From an uncultured Oscillospiraceae bacterium (GTDB lineage Bacteria > Bacillota > Clostridia > Oscillospirales > QAMX01), in the NCBI GenBank assembly GCA_964515055.1, contig CAZEUG010000007.1, positions 2,642-66,641 on the forward strand: DNA of 64,000 bases, given 5' to 3'. The notes below the pieces were generated by a model, which worked only from the letters and a program-made list of their open reading frames with translations, had not been told where the DNA came from and ran no database searches. Below are positions 41,855-51,510 of this stretch, one piece after another. The stretch's first letter is position 1. Every line of letters begins with the position of its first letter. A program made the translations under genes and the position numbers.

Positions 41855-44377
41855 ATGGAGAAAAGACCGGAAATTCATTTGATCGGAAATGCGCACTTAG
41901 ACCCGATTTGGCTTTGGCGTTGGCAGGAAGGCTGCGGTGAAGTTCTTCAGACGTTCCGTTCGGCACTGGATCGTTTGAACGAATACCCCGATTTTGTCTT
42001 CACCTGTTCATCTGCATCCTATTACCGCTGGGTTGAAGAAATCGACCCGGATATGTTTGAAGAAATCCGCGCCCGCGTGAAGGAAGGCCGCTGGGTGCCG
42101 GTCAATGGCTGGTGGGTTCAGCCGGACTGCAACCTGCCGTCCGCAGAAAGCTTTGCGCGCCATGCACTCTACAGCCAGCTCTACTACTATGAAAAATTTG
42201 GCGTGATCTGCCATACGGGCTACAACGTCGACTCCTTCGGCCACAACTATACGATTCCTCAGCTTTTGAAGCAGAGCGGCATGGATCATTATGTCATGAT
42301 GCGTCCTGGCATTCATGAAAATGCCGAAATCCCGCAGCAGCTTTTCTGGTGGGAATCTCCGGACGGCTCACGCGTTCTGACGTATCACATTCTGAAGGAT
42401 TCGTACGGAATCAGCGGAAAGAACCATCTGACGGAGCATCTGGATGTCATGGAAGGACTGGCTGATGAAAAGCAGCTGGGCATGATGCTCTTTTATGGCG
42501 TCGGCAATCACGGCGGCGGCCCGACCCGCGGCGACATCGAATTTATGATGGACAAAATGAAGGAAGAAGGATATGAGAATATCAAATTCTCGTCCCCGGA
42601 TGAATACTTCAAATATGTCCTGGCCAATCCGCTGAATGTCCCGGTCTGGAAGGATGACCTGCAGCACCACGCAAGCGGCTGCTACTCTGCAACCAGCATG
42701 ATCAAACGCCTGAACCGTCTGACAGAAAATGCGCTGCAAAGTGCAGAAAAATGGAATACCATCGCTGTCAAAACAACGGGCTTCCAGCCGAATACAAGTG
42801 AATTTGCGGAGGCCTGGCGCGATTTGCTCTTCAATCAGTTCCACGATATTTTTGATGGCTGCTCCATCATGGAAGCGTATGAGGACGTGAACGAGACGAT
42901 GGGTCATGCTATGACCATTGCCTCCCGCGCACAAAACAATGCGCATCTGCGCATTGCACGCACCATTGATACATGGGTGGATGGTGTCTCTGACCCGGTG
43001 AACGCCGATGATTTCCGACTGAATACGGTTCCACACGAAGTGCGCAACCGCGATCACCGCGACAGATTCCCGCGTCCGCTTGTCGTCTTCAACCCGCTGT
43101 CCTGGGAAATTACGACGCCGGTACAGACGTATCAGCCTTCCTGCAGAGTTCAGGACGCAGAGGGACACGATGTGGTCTTCCAGAACGTCCGCTCCTCCCG
43201 CTCGAACGACTCGCACTCCGACACGTTATTCCTGGCCACCGTGCCTCCGATGGGCTATGCAACCTATTGGCTGACCTCCGGTGATAAATCGTCTATCTCA
43301 TCGATACCGACTGCGGTTCGTGCCGTTGAAACAGATGATGCCATTGAACTGGAAAATGAATATCTGAAAGTCCGCTTTGATCGGGCTACCGGCTGCATCA
43401 CTTACCTGGGTGATCAGAAGAGTGATGCCAACTATCTCCGTGCGCCGGGCGCTGTCCCCGTGGTCATTGATGACGAGAAATCCGACACATGGGCACATAT
43501 GGTGTTCACGTTCCATACGATCAAGGGTACGATGAAGCTGGAATCCATTGAACTGGTAGAGGCAGGGCCGCTGCGCGCTCTTGTTCGCGTGAAGCATTCC
43601 TTCAACCATTCGTTCCTGACGCAGAACTTTATGCTGTCTGCCGGCCAGAAAACACTGGACGTCAAGTGCAAGACCATCTGGCAGGAGCCGTTTACCATGC
43701 TGAAGTTCTCCTTCCCGCTGGCTGGCGAAGAAGAAATTGCAACACATGAGGTTCCGGCCGGATTTATTAAACGGCCTTGCAACGGCGAAGAAGAGCCTGT
43801 CCATCAGTGGGGTGATGTCACGGTGACTGCGGATGGCGTCCGGAGAGGTCTTTCGATTCTGAATGACTCGAAATACAGCTACGACTGTCCGGGTGCAGAA
43901 ATCCGTCTGACTGCACTGCGAAACGTGATCTTTGCTGACCACTATTCCGATCGTCCGGCTGCCGACTTCCAGTTCACAGATGAAGGGCTCCAACGCTTTG
44001 AATACGGCATTTATCTGCATGAAGGCGAAGCGGAAACGAGCGACGTGGTGAAAGAGGCCACTCTCATGAACAACCGCATGGTTCCGGTACCGGAAAGCTA
44101 CCACAAGGGTTCCGGCGCACCGCAGGTAAAGAGCTATCTGTCGATTGACGCAGACAACGTGATTGTGACGGCGCTCAAGCTGTCGGAAGACGGCAGTGGT
44201 TCTGTCATTCTCCGCTGCTATGAAACCTGCGGAAAATCTGTTCGTGCGCTTGTGCAGAGTGAAGCATTTGATTTCGCGTTCTATTCTGAATTCAAACCGC
44301 ACCAGATTAAAACCTTCCGCATCGAACCGGATGGCAAGGTCTATCCGGTTAACTTCCTGGAAGGTATTGTCAAATAA
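41855..44377 (+). CDS. GH38 alpha-mannosidase
   Basis: ORF from 41849, but AGGAGG at 41841-41846 is spaced correctly for the ATG at 41855. Contains HLIGNAHLDPIWLWRWQEG and GYNVDSFGH, with a GH38 central domain and C-terminal beta domains. Confidence 0.9.
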   Translation: MEKRPEIHLIGNAHLDPIWLWRWQEGCGEVLQTFRSALDRLNEYPDFVFTCSSASYYRWVEEIDPDMFEEIRARVKEGRWVPVNGWWVQPDCNLPSAESFARHALYSQLYYYEKFGVICHTGYNVDSFGHNYTIPQLLKQSGMDHYVMMRPGIHENAEIPQQLFWWESPDGSRVLTYHILKDSYGISGKNHLTEHLDVMEGLADEKQLGMMLFYGVGNHGGGPTRGDIEFMMDKMKEEGYENIKFSSPDEYFKYVLANPLNVPVWKDDLQHHASGCYSATSMIKRLNRLTENALQSAEKWNTIAVKTTGFQPNTSEFAEAWRDLLFNQFHDIFDGCSIMEAYEDVNETMGHAMTIASRAQNNAHLRIARTIDTWVDGVSDPVNADDFRLNTVPHEVRNRDHRDRFPRPLVVFNPLSWEITTPVQTYQPSCRVQDAEGHDVVFQNVRSSRSNDSHSDTLFLATVPPMGYATYWLTSGDKSSISSIPTAVRAVETDDAIELENEYLKVRFDRATGCITYLGDQKSDANYLRAPGAVPVVIDDEKSDTWAHMVFTFHTIKGTMKLESIELVEAGPLRALVRVKHSFNHSFLTQNFMLSAGQKTLDVKCKTIWQEPFTMLKFSFPLAGEEEIATHEVPAGFIKRPCNGEEEPVHQWGDVTVTADGVRRGLSILNDSKYSYDCPGAEIRLTALRNVIFADHYSDRPAADFQFTDEGLQRFEYGIYLHEGEAETSDVVKEATLMNNRMVPVPESYHKGSGAPQVKSYLSIDADNVIVTALKLSEDGSGSVILRCYETCGKSVRALVQSEAFDFAFYSEFKPHQIKTFRIEPDGKVYPVNFLEGIVK

Positions 44378-44390
44378 TTGGACGCACGAC

Positions 44391-44428
44391 GAAGCGGTAG
44401 GGTTCTTCCCTACCGCTTCCTTTTCCTT
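44391..44428 (+). terminator. intrinsic terminator after the GH38 gene
   Basis: 12-bp stem gaagcggtaggg / ccctaccgcttc with loop ttctt, followed by CTTTTCCTT. Confidence 0.75.
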
Positions 44429-44449
44429 GAACTGAATCGGACTGAGGCT

Positions 44450-44947
44450 TTATTGAAGCAACCAACGAGGCAAAAACTCCGCCTCCGCTGAGAGAAAGGT
44501 TTGCTGAATGTCCGCTGCCGACATCGCAGCCTGAACCGGCAAAAACAGCGTATACGGGTTGGGCGGAGATGGCAACTCCTGATCGGGTACCGAAATGATC
44601 GTGGCAATTCTGGAACAGCCACAGCGTCGAAGATAAGCGTGCAGAACGACTGCGGCATACATTTGCACACGGAGATTCGCAGGCAGAGCTTTCGCTGCGA
44701 TCGCAGGCGGGCTTTCTCCGGCGTGGTACAAAAAAGCATCATATCCAACTGCTTCCTGCTGGCCATAAAACTCAATCCGGGTGCGCCATGGATTGAACCG
44801 TAGATAGATGGTTTGGTCAAAGGCGAGATCATTGTCCCGTTCCCCGAAAACCGCGACCTTCTGCATGGCGAAACCGAGGCTGCTGAAATAGCGAACGGCT
44901 GCGGAGGCGACCGGACAATTGGCGCAAATGACAAGTCCCAATTTCAT
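44450..44947 (-). CDS. hypothetical protein (165 aa)
   Basis: Internal ATG (MKLGLVICANCPV) of ORF 44450..45316. The upstream part of that ORF overlaps the opposite-strand phosphatase gene. No family recognised. Coding status rests only on ORF length and the gap between flanking genes. Confidence 0.45.
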   Translation of the reverse strand: MKLGLVICANCPVASAAVRYFSSLGFAMQKVAVFGERDNDLAFDQTIYLRFNPWRTRIEFYGQQEAVGYDAFLYHAGESPPAIAAKALPANLRVQMYAAVVLHAYLRRCGCSRIATIISVPDQELPSPPNPYTLFLPVQAAMSAADIQQTFLSAEAEFLPRWLLQ

Positions 44948-45024
44948 ATTTTTCGTCCCCTTGCTCTCAGTATACGTGAAAGCAACAGGAACTGTGAACA
45001 ACAAACAGAAGGAGAAAACGAGAC

Positions 45025-45753
45025 ATGCTGCTGTATTTGATTCGGCATGGTGATCCCATATATGACCCGGACTCCCTGACAGAGCGCGGGAAGCTGCAGG
45101 CAGCCGCCCTGGCCAAACGTCTGGCGCGGTATGGAGTGGATCGGGTTTACGCATCCCCAATGATTCGTGCCCGTCAGACTGCGGAGCCCACCTGCATTTT
45201 GACAGGAAAGAAGCTGGAAATTCTGGATTGGACCAGCGAAAATCTGGCCTGGAAGGATTTTTCCGTGGAGACAGAGGGCTCCAACGGCACATACCGCACC
45301 TGGTGCTTTTATGCACCGGGGGCAGCCTCTGAGCTGCGTTCCGAGGCGGTCACACAACTCGGCGCAAAATGGTATCAGGCGGAGTTTTTCAAACGGTGGC
45401 AGCTGGATGCCGAATCGGGTTACCGGCGCATTCGGGAGAATAGTGATGCTTTTTTTGCATCGCTTGGCTATGTTCACGATGGCAATGGGTATCGCGTGGA
45501 GAAGGACTCGGAGGAACGGATTGCGGTGTTTTGTCATCAGGGCTTCGGTCTGTCCTGGCTCGGCGTGATGCTGGATATCCCGTTGCCGGTGATCTGGACG
45601 ATGATGGACATTTCGCATTCGTGCATGACGGTGATTCGTTTTTCAAACACAGGCAATCAATTCTGCATCCCGCGTATGCTGATGCTTTCAAATGACAGCC
45701 ACCTGTATGCGGAAGGACTGCCGACTCGATATCAGAACGATTTGTATTTCTAA
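45025..45753 (+). CDS. histidine phosphatase (phosphoglycerate-mutase superfamily)
   Basis: 242 aa with LIRHGD at the N-terminus, ASPMIRARQTAEP and CHQGFG. RBS is AAGGAGAA. Confidence 0.85.
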   Translation: MLLYLIRHGDPIYDPDSLTERGKLQAAALAKRLARYGVDRVYASPMIRARQTAEPTCILTGKKLEILDWTSENLAWKDFSVETEGSNGTYRTWCFYAPGAASELRSEAVTQLGAKWYQAEFFKRWQLDAESGYRRIRENSDAFFASLGYVHDGNGYRVEKDSEERIAVFCHQGFGLSWLGVMLDIPLPVIWTMMDISHSCMTVIRFSNTGNQFCIPRMLMLSNDSHLYAEGLPTRYQNDLYF

Positions 45754-45769
45754 TCGATTCTTTTCAAAG

Positions 45770-45813
45770 AACAGCACCTGTTTCGTGATGCTTTTCACGA
45801 AACAGGTGCTGTT
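45770..45813. terminator. 19-bp hairpin between convergent genes (terminator)
   Basis: aacagcacctgtttcgtga / tcacgaaacaggtgctgtt with a 6-nt loop. Confidence 0.7.
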
Positions 45814-45824
45814 GTTCGATTGAG

Positions 45825-47417
45825 TCAGCTGATGGATTGCAGGATAGCACACGCGGTTTTTATGCCATCGACTGCGGCACTCATGATTCCGCCGGCATAG
45901 CCGGCTCCTTCTCCGCATGGATACAGCCCGGCAATTCCGTTGGCAGCCAGATCCTTCCCCCTGCAGATGCGGACGGGAGAGGACGTGCGGGTTTCCGGTG
46001 CTGTCAAAACGGCATCGCGGTCTGCGAAGAAACGATGCTGCTGCGCAAAACGCTGCAGTGATGTCCGCAGCAGGTCGGAACCACCTGCGGGCAGAAATTC
46101 GTCAATGGAGCACAGCTGTACCCCCATTGGATAGGTGGGATGAACGTGCCCCAGCTTTTTCGATGGCCGACCCTGTAAAAAGTCTCCGACAAGCTGTGCG
46201 GGCGCCGTATAATCGCGGCCGCCGAGCGCATAGGCGCGGCGTTCAAGCTGTTGAGCCAGGCGAACACCGCCCAGAGGATCATCGCCGAACATGGTTGCAT
46301 CCAGAGAAACGGCAAGTGCGGAGTTGCCGTTGACCCCGTTTCGGGCGTGATAGCTCATGCCGTTGGTGACGACCGTTCCGGCTTCGCTGGAAGATGCGGT
46401 CACATAGCCGCCAGGACACATACAGAAGGAAAAACAGCCGCGATTGGCTTCACGGTGCGACACCGAATAAGCTGCTGCACCCAAACGGGGATCGCCAGCG
46501 TAACGGCCAAACAGGGACTGATCAATTTCGGATTGCAGATGTTCAATTCGAACGCCGACGGCAAAGCTCTTGGCGATGACGTCAAAACCGCGGTGCAGCA
46601 GCATTTCGAACGTATCCCGTGCGCTGTGCCCGGTGGCAAGAACGACCTGTGAAGCCGGAAATACGCCCTGATTGGTCTTGACCGCCGCCAGGCGCTGGTT
46701 GTGGATCTGAACGTCCTGCACGCAGGTATGGAAATGCACTTCCCCACCGGCGGCGCAGATTTCCGTGCGCATCGACTGGACAACATTTTTGAGCAGATCG
46801 GTTCCGACGTGCGGGTGCGCATGGCACAGGATTTCTTTGGGTGCGCCATGCTGAACAAATTCCTGCAGGACAATATCACAGAGTGGATCATGAATCCGTG
46901 TGGTTAATTTGCCATCCGAATAGGCACCGGCGCCACCCTCACCAAACTGAATGTTGGAGGAGGCATCTAAAATCCGCTCCGAATGAAAACGATGAACAGA
47001 GTGATCGCGTTCGCTCAGCGGCGCACCACGCTCCAGCACAATGGGGCGCAGCCCTGCCCTGGCCAGAACCAGAGCGGAAAAAATACCGGCAGGGCCAAAC
47101 CCCACAACAACCGGACGAGGTGCATGAGCCGGTATGGTGTAGGGCTGCAGAAGGTCAGACAGAACAATCGGCATTCGTTGACGAATCCCCTTGTCCCGCA
47201 GCTTCTCGGCGAGTGCAGTTTCGTCGACGCCGTCTGCGGACAACTCCACGCTGTAGACCATCCGAATGGTTCCGCGACGGGCGTCGATGGATTTGCGATA
47301 AATATGGGCTTCTGTCAGATCAGTCAGAGAGAAACCGCAAGTGTCGGCTGCAAGCCGGATGGCATCGTTTTCGTCCGCTTCCAGCGGCAATGGAATGCCG
47401 GATACAATCAGGCTCAA
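45825..47417 (-). CDS. FAD-dependent protein, COG2509 family (function unknown)
   Basis: 530 aa with VVGFGPAGIFSALVLARAG (dinucleotide fold). The N-terminal ~80 aa is a small alpha/beta domain typical of this family. Confidence 0.8.
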   Translation of the reverse strand: MSLIVSGIPLPLEADENDAIRLAADTCGFSLTDLTEAHIYRKSIDARRGTIRMVYSVELSADGVDETALAEKLRDKGIRQRMPIVLSDLLQPYTIPAHAPRPVVVGFGPAGIFSALVLARAGLRPIVLERGAPLSERDHSVHRFHSERILDASSNIQFGEGGAGAYSDGKLTTRIHDPLCDIVLQEFVQHGAPKEILCHAHPHVGTDLLKNVVQSMRTEICAAGGEVHFHTCVQDVQIHNQRLAAVKTNQGVFPASQVVLATGHSARDTFEMLLHRGFDVIAKSFAVGVRIEHLQSEIDQSLFGRYAGDPRLGAAAYSVSHREANRGCFSFCMCPGGYVTASSSEAGTVVTNGMSYHARNGVNGNSALAVSLDATMFGDDPLGGVRLAQQLERRAYALGGRDYTAPAQLVGDFLQGRPSKKLGHVHPTYPMGVQLCSIDEFLPAGGSDLLRTSLQRFAQQHRFFADRDAVLTAPETRTSSPVRICRGKDLAANGIAGLYPCGEGAGYAGGIMSAAVDGIKTACAILQSIS

Positions 47418-47454
47418 ATTTGTTTCCTCTTTTCTATGGGCTGAGCGTCGGTAG

Positions 47455-48708
47455 TTAATTCGTCACAAGCGGTGCAGGTTTCGACGAAACATTGATTTTA
47501 ACTGTGAATTCGTTTTCCACGAGCGTTGCATTGACAGGCTGCAAGAACGTTACATCAACCGGTACGGACAGCAGTCCTTCGGATGTAATTTCAATATCCT
47601 GCAGATAGATGGCCGCGGAAAAGTCACTGGCGGTGATTCGATCCAGCAGAGCTGCGTTGCCGCGCAGACGAACGGTGATGCTTTTGTCAATCAGTTCGAT
47701 CTGATACGCGTGATCTGCGCCGTAAATCTGGATATTGGACAGGACAAAGGGCTTGACCGTGATATCCTGTACGGAAATCATGACGGTCGCCGAGCTGCGA
47801 TCGCTCAAACAGCTGATACCGGACGGCAGGACAAAATCTTTTTCCCGTGTGATACCGTCCCCAATCCCATCGAGGTCGATCATCCCGAGTGACAGATACT
47901 CGATTTCTTCTATGGCGGAGCGCTCGCCGACAACGGTGATTTTGGAGGGCGTGATGACCGTTTCGACTTCATCTTCGGTCAGTCCTCCGCCGGCATTGAG
48001 CGTAATCCGCAGCGGCAGCTCCTTGACCATGTGAATCGGAACGTATGCCGAAATATTCTTCGTCATCAACTGAGAATACGACAATTCAACGGTTTCTCCG
48101 ACGCTGTTGACCAGCTGAATCGGAACCTGAACGGTTGAGCTGTCTGTAATTCCGTCCAGAGGAACCGAAATAATGGCATGAGAAATCGAAGAAATTTCAA
48201 CGGTGGGGCCGCGCACCGTCACAGTTTGCTGCGACAATTCAATATCTCCGATTCGCAGGTTTTCTTCAAGCTGTCCTGTGGTATCGGTCAAAATTTCGAA
48301 TTGCCTCTCCGTGATTTTATCGACGCGAACGGTTGCGATCAATTCCGAACGATTGACCACCGTAATCTCACTGTCGGGTGTATTCACAGTACAAAGAATT
48401 CGGTTTTCACCGTCTCCAGAGATCTGTGAAACATCACAAATCAGCTCAATATCTGATTTTTTCAAACTCAATACAGCATTGCGCTTGCCGCGCAGACGGA
48501 CATCCATGGTCATATCGGTGTCCGATAAAATGGAATAATTCATCCGATCGTATAATTCTGTCACGCCGTTGAGCGTCACCTTGACATCAGAAAACGAAAT
48601 TTCGATATCCGGGTTAATACTCGACATGACAATAAACCAGAAGAGAATCGCAGCGATCAAAACCAACAGCTTATTGAAAATCCGATATTTTTTCAGCCAT
48701 GCAACCAT
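47455..48708 (-). CDS. cdaR: YbbR-domain protein, CdaA regulator
   Basis: 417 aa with an N-terminal TM segment followed by repeated YbbR-like beta domains. Located immediately downstream of cdaA. Confidence 0.85.
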   Translation of the reverse strand: MVAWLKKYRIFNKLLVLIAAILFWFIVMSSINPDIEISFSDVKVTLNGVTELYDRMNYSILSDTDMTMDVRLRGKRNAVLSLKKSDIELICDVSQISGDGENRILCTVNTPDSEITVVNRSELIATVRVDKITERQFEILTDTTGQLEENLRIGDIELSQQTVTVRGPTVEISSISHAIISVPLDGITDSSTVQVPIQLVNSVGETVELSYSQLMTKNISAYVPIHMVKELPLRITLNAGGGLTEDEVETVITPSKITVVGERSAIEEIEYLSLGMIDLDGIGDGITREKDFVLPSGISCLSDRSSATVMISVQDITVKPFVLSNIQIYGADHAYQIELIDKSITVRLRGNAALLDRITASDFSAAIYLQDIEITSEGLLSVPVDVTFLQPVNATLVENEFTVKINVSSKPAPLVTN

Positions 48709-48732
48709 ATGCTTGTTGTGCTCCCTTCTGAA

Positions 48733-49593
48733 TTAGTTGGATTCCGGCGTTTTTCGATTCTTCCAGAATTTGAACTTGCGGAGCTTATCTTCTTTCTCCG
48801 GATCTTTAATGAGTTCATTGTGCAAAATGGTGGTCAGGGTCGAGGCGGAAAGATGCCGTTTCAAAAGACCACCGGACGCAATGGAGACCGAACCGGTTTC
48901 TTCCGAAACGATCAGAACGAGGGCATCACTGGCTTCGCTGATGCCGACACCGGCACGATGTCTTGTCCCAAGCTCATTGCTCAGGTTTTTGTTGGAAGAT
49001 AACGGCAGAAAGCAACCGGCGGCGGCAATGCGGTTGTTGCGCACGATGACAGCACCGTCGTGAAGGGGTGCTTTATTGAAGAAAATGTTTTTCAGCAATT
49101 CACTGGTGATATCCGCATCGATTATCGTCCCGGTTTTCATGATTTCACCGAGCTTTGTTTCGCGCTCAATAACGATCAAAGCGCCGGTCTTTGTCTTGGA
49201 CATATAGGTACAGGTTTCAACCAGTTGAGAGATCGCGCGCAGCGTCTCCGTGTTGGGTTGGGTCCGCTCCGATGTGAAGAGGGATGGAAGGCGGCTGCGC
49301 CCGACCGAGTCCAGCATTCGCCGCAGCTCCGGCTGAAAGAGAATGATCAGTGCAATGATACCGATCTGAAAGGTCGCTGTCAGCAGGTAATATATGACGT
49401 TCAGCTGCAGCCAGCCACAGATCTGGTAGACGATCAGAATGACGCCAATGCCTTTCAGAACCTGGCCGGCACTCGTATCCTTTAACAGTTGAATCAGCTT
49501 GTAAATAATAAATGCGACCAGCAGAATATCCAGCACATCCTGCCAGCGCAACCATGCAATCGAGTTTTTGATGAAGGTCAAAATCTGTTCCAT
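48733..49593 (-). CDS. cdaA: diadenylate cyclase (membrane-bound, DAC domain)
   Basis: 286 aa with three N-terminal TM segments. Contains TGALIVIE, PLHDGAVIV and GTRHRAGVGISE. Confidence 0.92.
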   Translation of the reverse strand: MEQILTFIKNSIAWLRWQDVLDILLVAFIIYKLIQLLKDTSAGQVLKGIGVILIVYQICGWLQLNVIYYLLTATFQIGIIALIILFQPELRRMLDSVGRSRLPSLFTSERTQPNTETLRAISQLVETCTYMSKTKTGALIVIERETKLGEIMKTGTIIDADITSELLKNIFFNKAPLHDGAVIVRNNRIAAAGCFLPLSSNKNLSNELGTRHRAGVGISEASDALVLIVSEETGSVSIASGGLLKRHLSASTLTTILHNELIKDPEKEDKLRKFKFWKNRKTPESN

Positions 49594-49691
49594 AAGCTGT
49601 CCGTCCTTTTACAGTAGGTCTTCAAACGCACGAATGGGAAATCCGGGCAGGCAAAAACGCAGTCACTCGAAGGTGGATTCCCTTCCATATC

Positions 49692-49700
49692 ATTATACCA
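49692..49700 (-). promoter_or_regulatory. putative extended -10 promoter for cdaA-cdaR
   Basis: The reverse strand reads TGGTATAAT (TATAAT = 49697-49692). The -35 is weak. Confidence 0.4.
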
Positions 49701-49751
49701 CAAACCACCTGTCATTGCGATGTTTTTTTGGCAAACAAACAAAAATGCAAG

Positions 49752-49782
49752 AAAAAAACCGTCCGAAAAAATTCGGGCGGTT
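49752..49782 (-). terminator. intrinsic terminator after spoIIIAH
   Basis: 11-bp stem aaccgtccgaa / ttcgggcggtt (one mismatch), followed on the reverse strand by TTTTTTT. Confidence 0.7.
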
Positions 49783-49801
49783 CAAACAGATCTGGCTTGC
49801 T

Positions 49802-50383
49802 TCAACTGACACGGGCTTCAATAATCCGGATGTTTTCCACATCGACGGAGGTTTCACTGACAGCGATATCTTTGATGCGAATGGCGTCTTCGCTTTGCAG
49901 TCCACCCTCAACGGGTGCTACAACAATGCTCAGGCTCTCATCATTGAAGAAAACGGCACAATCTGTGTAGCCTTTTGCCAATACCAGCGATTCAATTCGC
50001 GCTTCTGTGACGGCAGTATTTGCAAGGCGGGAAATGCTGGCGACAGCCACTTCTTTGGATTCCAGGCTGACGCTTTCATCGGAGGTGGTTGTTTCCAGCA
50101 CGCCGATGGCTTCATCGCGAGCCTGTTGTCGCGTGAGGCGGAGCTGTGCGAAATATTCCTGAATATTGCTACTGACGGTTGCGTCGTCATCAGGTGTCGT
50201 GTCTCCGACGACCTCGCTGAGCTGGCCTAACAGTCTGGCCTCGTCGCTGACAATTTCATCCGGCTCGCCGGATACGGACTGACTGTCATCCAGACCACGC
50301 TGATAACTCCAGTTCAGATACACAGCCATACAGACGAGCAGCGCAACAACGGCGGAGACAGCGGTTCTTTTCTTGAACTTCAT
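49802..50383 (-). CDS. spoIIIAH: stage III sporulation protein AH
   Basis: 193 aa with an N-terminal TM segment. Contains EYFAQLRLTRQQARDEA and a C-terminal YscJ/FliF-like domain. Last gene of the operon. Confidence 0.8.
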   Translation of the reverse strand: MKFKKRTAVSAVVALLVCMAVYLNWSYQRGLDDSQSVSGEPDEIVSDEARLLGQLSEVVGDTTPDDDATVSSNIQEYFAQLRLTRQQARDEAIGVLETTTSDESVSLESKEVAVASISRLANTAVTEARIESLVLAKGYTDCAVFFNDESLSIVVAPVEGGLQSEDAIRIKDIAVSETSVDVENIRIIEARVS

Positions 50384-50457
50384 GTTTGATCCTTTCCTTT
50401 CCGTATTGTTATTAGAGCTTATGAAAAGATGCTGCGGTCTATGCTGCTTTTTTGATC

Positions 50458-51006
50458 TTATTTTCCGGGCAGGACACTGATTCGATCAGTCGTCAGTCCG
50501 GTGATGGCTGCAACTGCACGGATCAGCATGAGCTCCACACTGGATTTGCTGGCACCGGAGGAGACCACAATCGCGCCTGAAAAACAGGGATAAATCTGTT
50601 TTTCTTCGATGCCCTCACCAGTCTGCGTTCTCGTGACAACGGTTCGGTCGCTGCTCTGTACGGTTTCTTCACCGTCTGTGCGCAGGCTGATATTGTCGTT
50701 GGTGGCATAGACCGTCTCTGTTCCGTTCTTCAGCGACAGCATGACACGGACATCACCAGCTCCGCGAATATCCGAGAGGATGGTTTCCAGCTGCGCCTCA
50801 AAAGCCTCCAGAGAGAAAACCTCATCCTCCTCTGGTTCAATCACAGGTGCGTTTTCCTGCGAACCGGTCGGCAAAAGCAACAGAATGATTCCGACGATTC
50901 CGATCAGAAGAATCCAGCGATTTTTCCGCAGGAATTCCATTCCCTTTTCCCGATCTCTGAGCAGCGTTTTGAATGTCATTGGAGCGCTCCTTTCTGATTG
51001 CATCAA
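50458..51006 (-). CDS. spoIIIAG: stage III sporulation protein AG
   Basis: 182 aa with one TM segment. The C-terminal domain includes VRVMLSLKNGTETVYA..GAIVVSSGA. The start overlaps the spoIIIAF stop by 4 nt. Confidence 0.8.
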   Translation of the reverse strand: MMQSERSAPMTFKTLLRDREKGMEFLRKNRWILLIGIVGIILLLLPTGSQENAPVIEPEEDEVFSLEAFEAQLETILSDIRGAGDVRVMLSLKNGTETVYATNDNISLRTDGEETVQSSDRTVVTRTQTGEGIEEKQIYPCFSGAIVVSSGASKSSVELMLIRAVAAITGLTTDRISVLPGK

Positions 51007-51482
51007 CGCATGGATTGACGTTCTGCGGGAATTCCGGTCTGTTCTTCGATCAGGTGTTCAATCACCTCCTGTTCGGCTGCTGTCAATTCGGACTGTTGAC
51101 GGATAATGGCTGAATGAAAGATGCGGATACCCGATTCGTCTTCCGCTGTCTTCAGCGTGATGGAAACTAAAATTCCATCGGCTTCCAGACATTCGCAGAG
51201 AAACTGCTCCGTTTCACGGATAGTCATCTGTTCGGCAGCCGAAGAAGAACGGGCGCTGAATTCCGAAATGTTCGCAGAAACCTGGCTTTCAAAGTCTCCC
51301 AGGAGTTTTGATGGCGAAAATGCACTGGATGAGCGAAAGGGCGACAAAATCAGAAGAATCATGATCAGGCCACTCGCCAGTTGAAATGTTTTTTTGCCCT
51401 TTTCAGGAATCATCGCCTGCAAAACTGCCATCAACAGTCCGGCGGCGGCCATGCCGGTGAACCATGCACCGAGTTTCTGCAT
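51003..51482 (-). CDS. spoIIIAF: stage III sporulation protein AF
   Basis: 159 aa with two N-terminal TM segments. Assigned by size and position in the operon. Confidence 0.75.
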   Translation of the reverse strand: MQKLGAWFTGMAAAGLLMAVLQAMIPEKGKKTFQLASGLIMILLILSPFRSSSAFSPSKLLGDFESQVSANISEFSARSSSAAEQMTIRETEQFLCECLEADGILVSITLKTAEDESGIRIFHSAIIRQQSELTAAEQEVIEHLIEEQTGIPAERQSMR

Positions 51483-51510
51483 ACAATCGCCTCCTTTTTT
51501 TGTGTGTCGG

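Noticed and set aside
44410-45618. ORFs 44410-44934 (174 aa), 44944-45618 (224 aa) and the long form of 44450-45316 on the minus strand.
   Set aside because: They overlap the well-supported histidine phosphatase gene, or each other, in mirror or shifted frames. Their composition is Arg/Pro/Cys-rich with no motifs. Only the 165-codon core (44450-44947) fits the gap, and even that has modest confidence.
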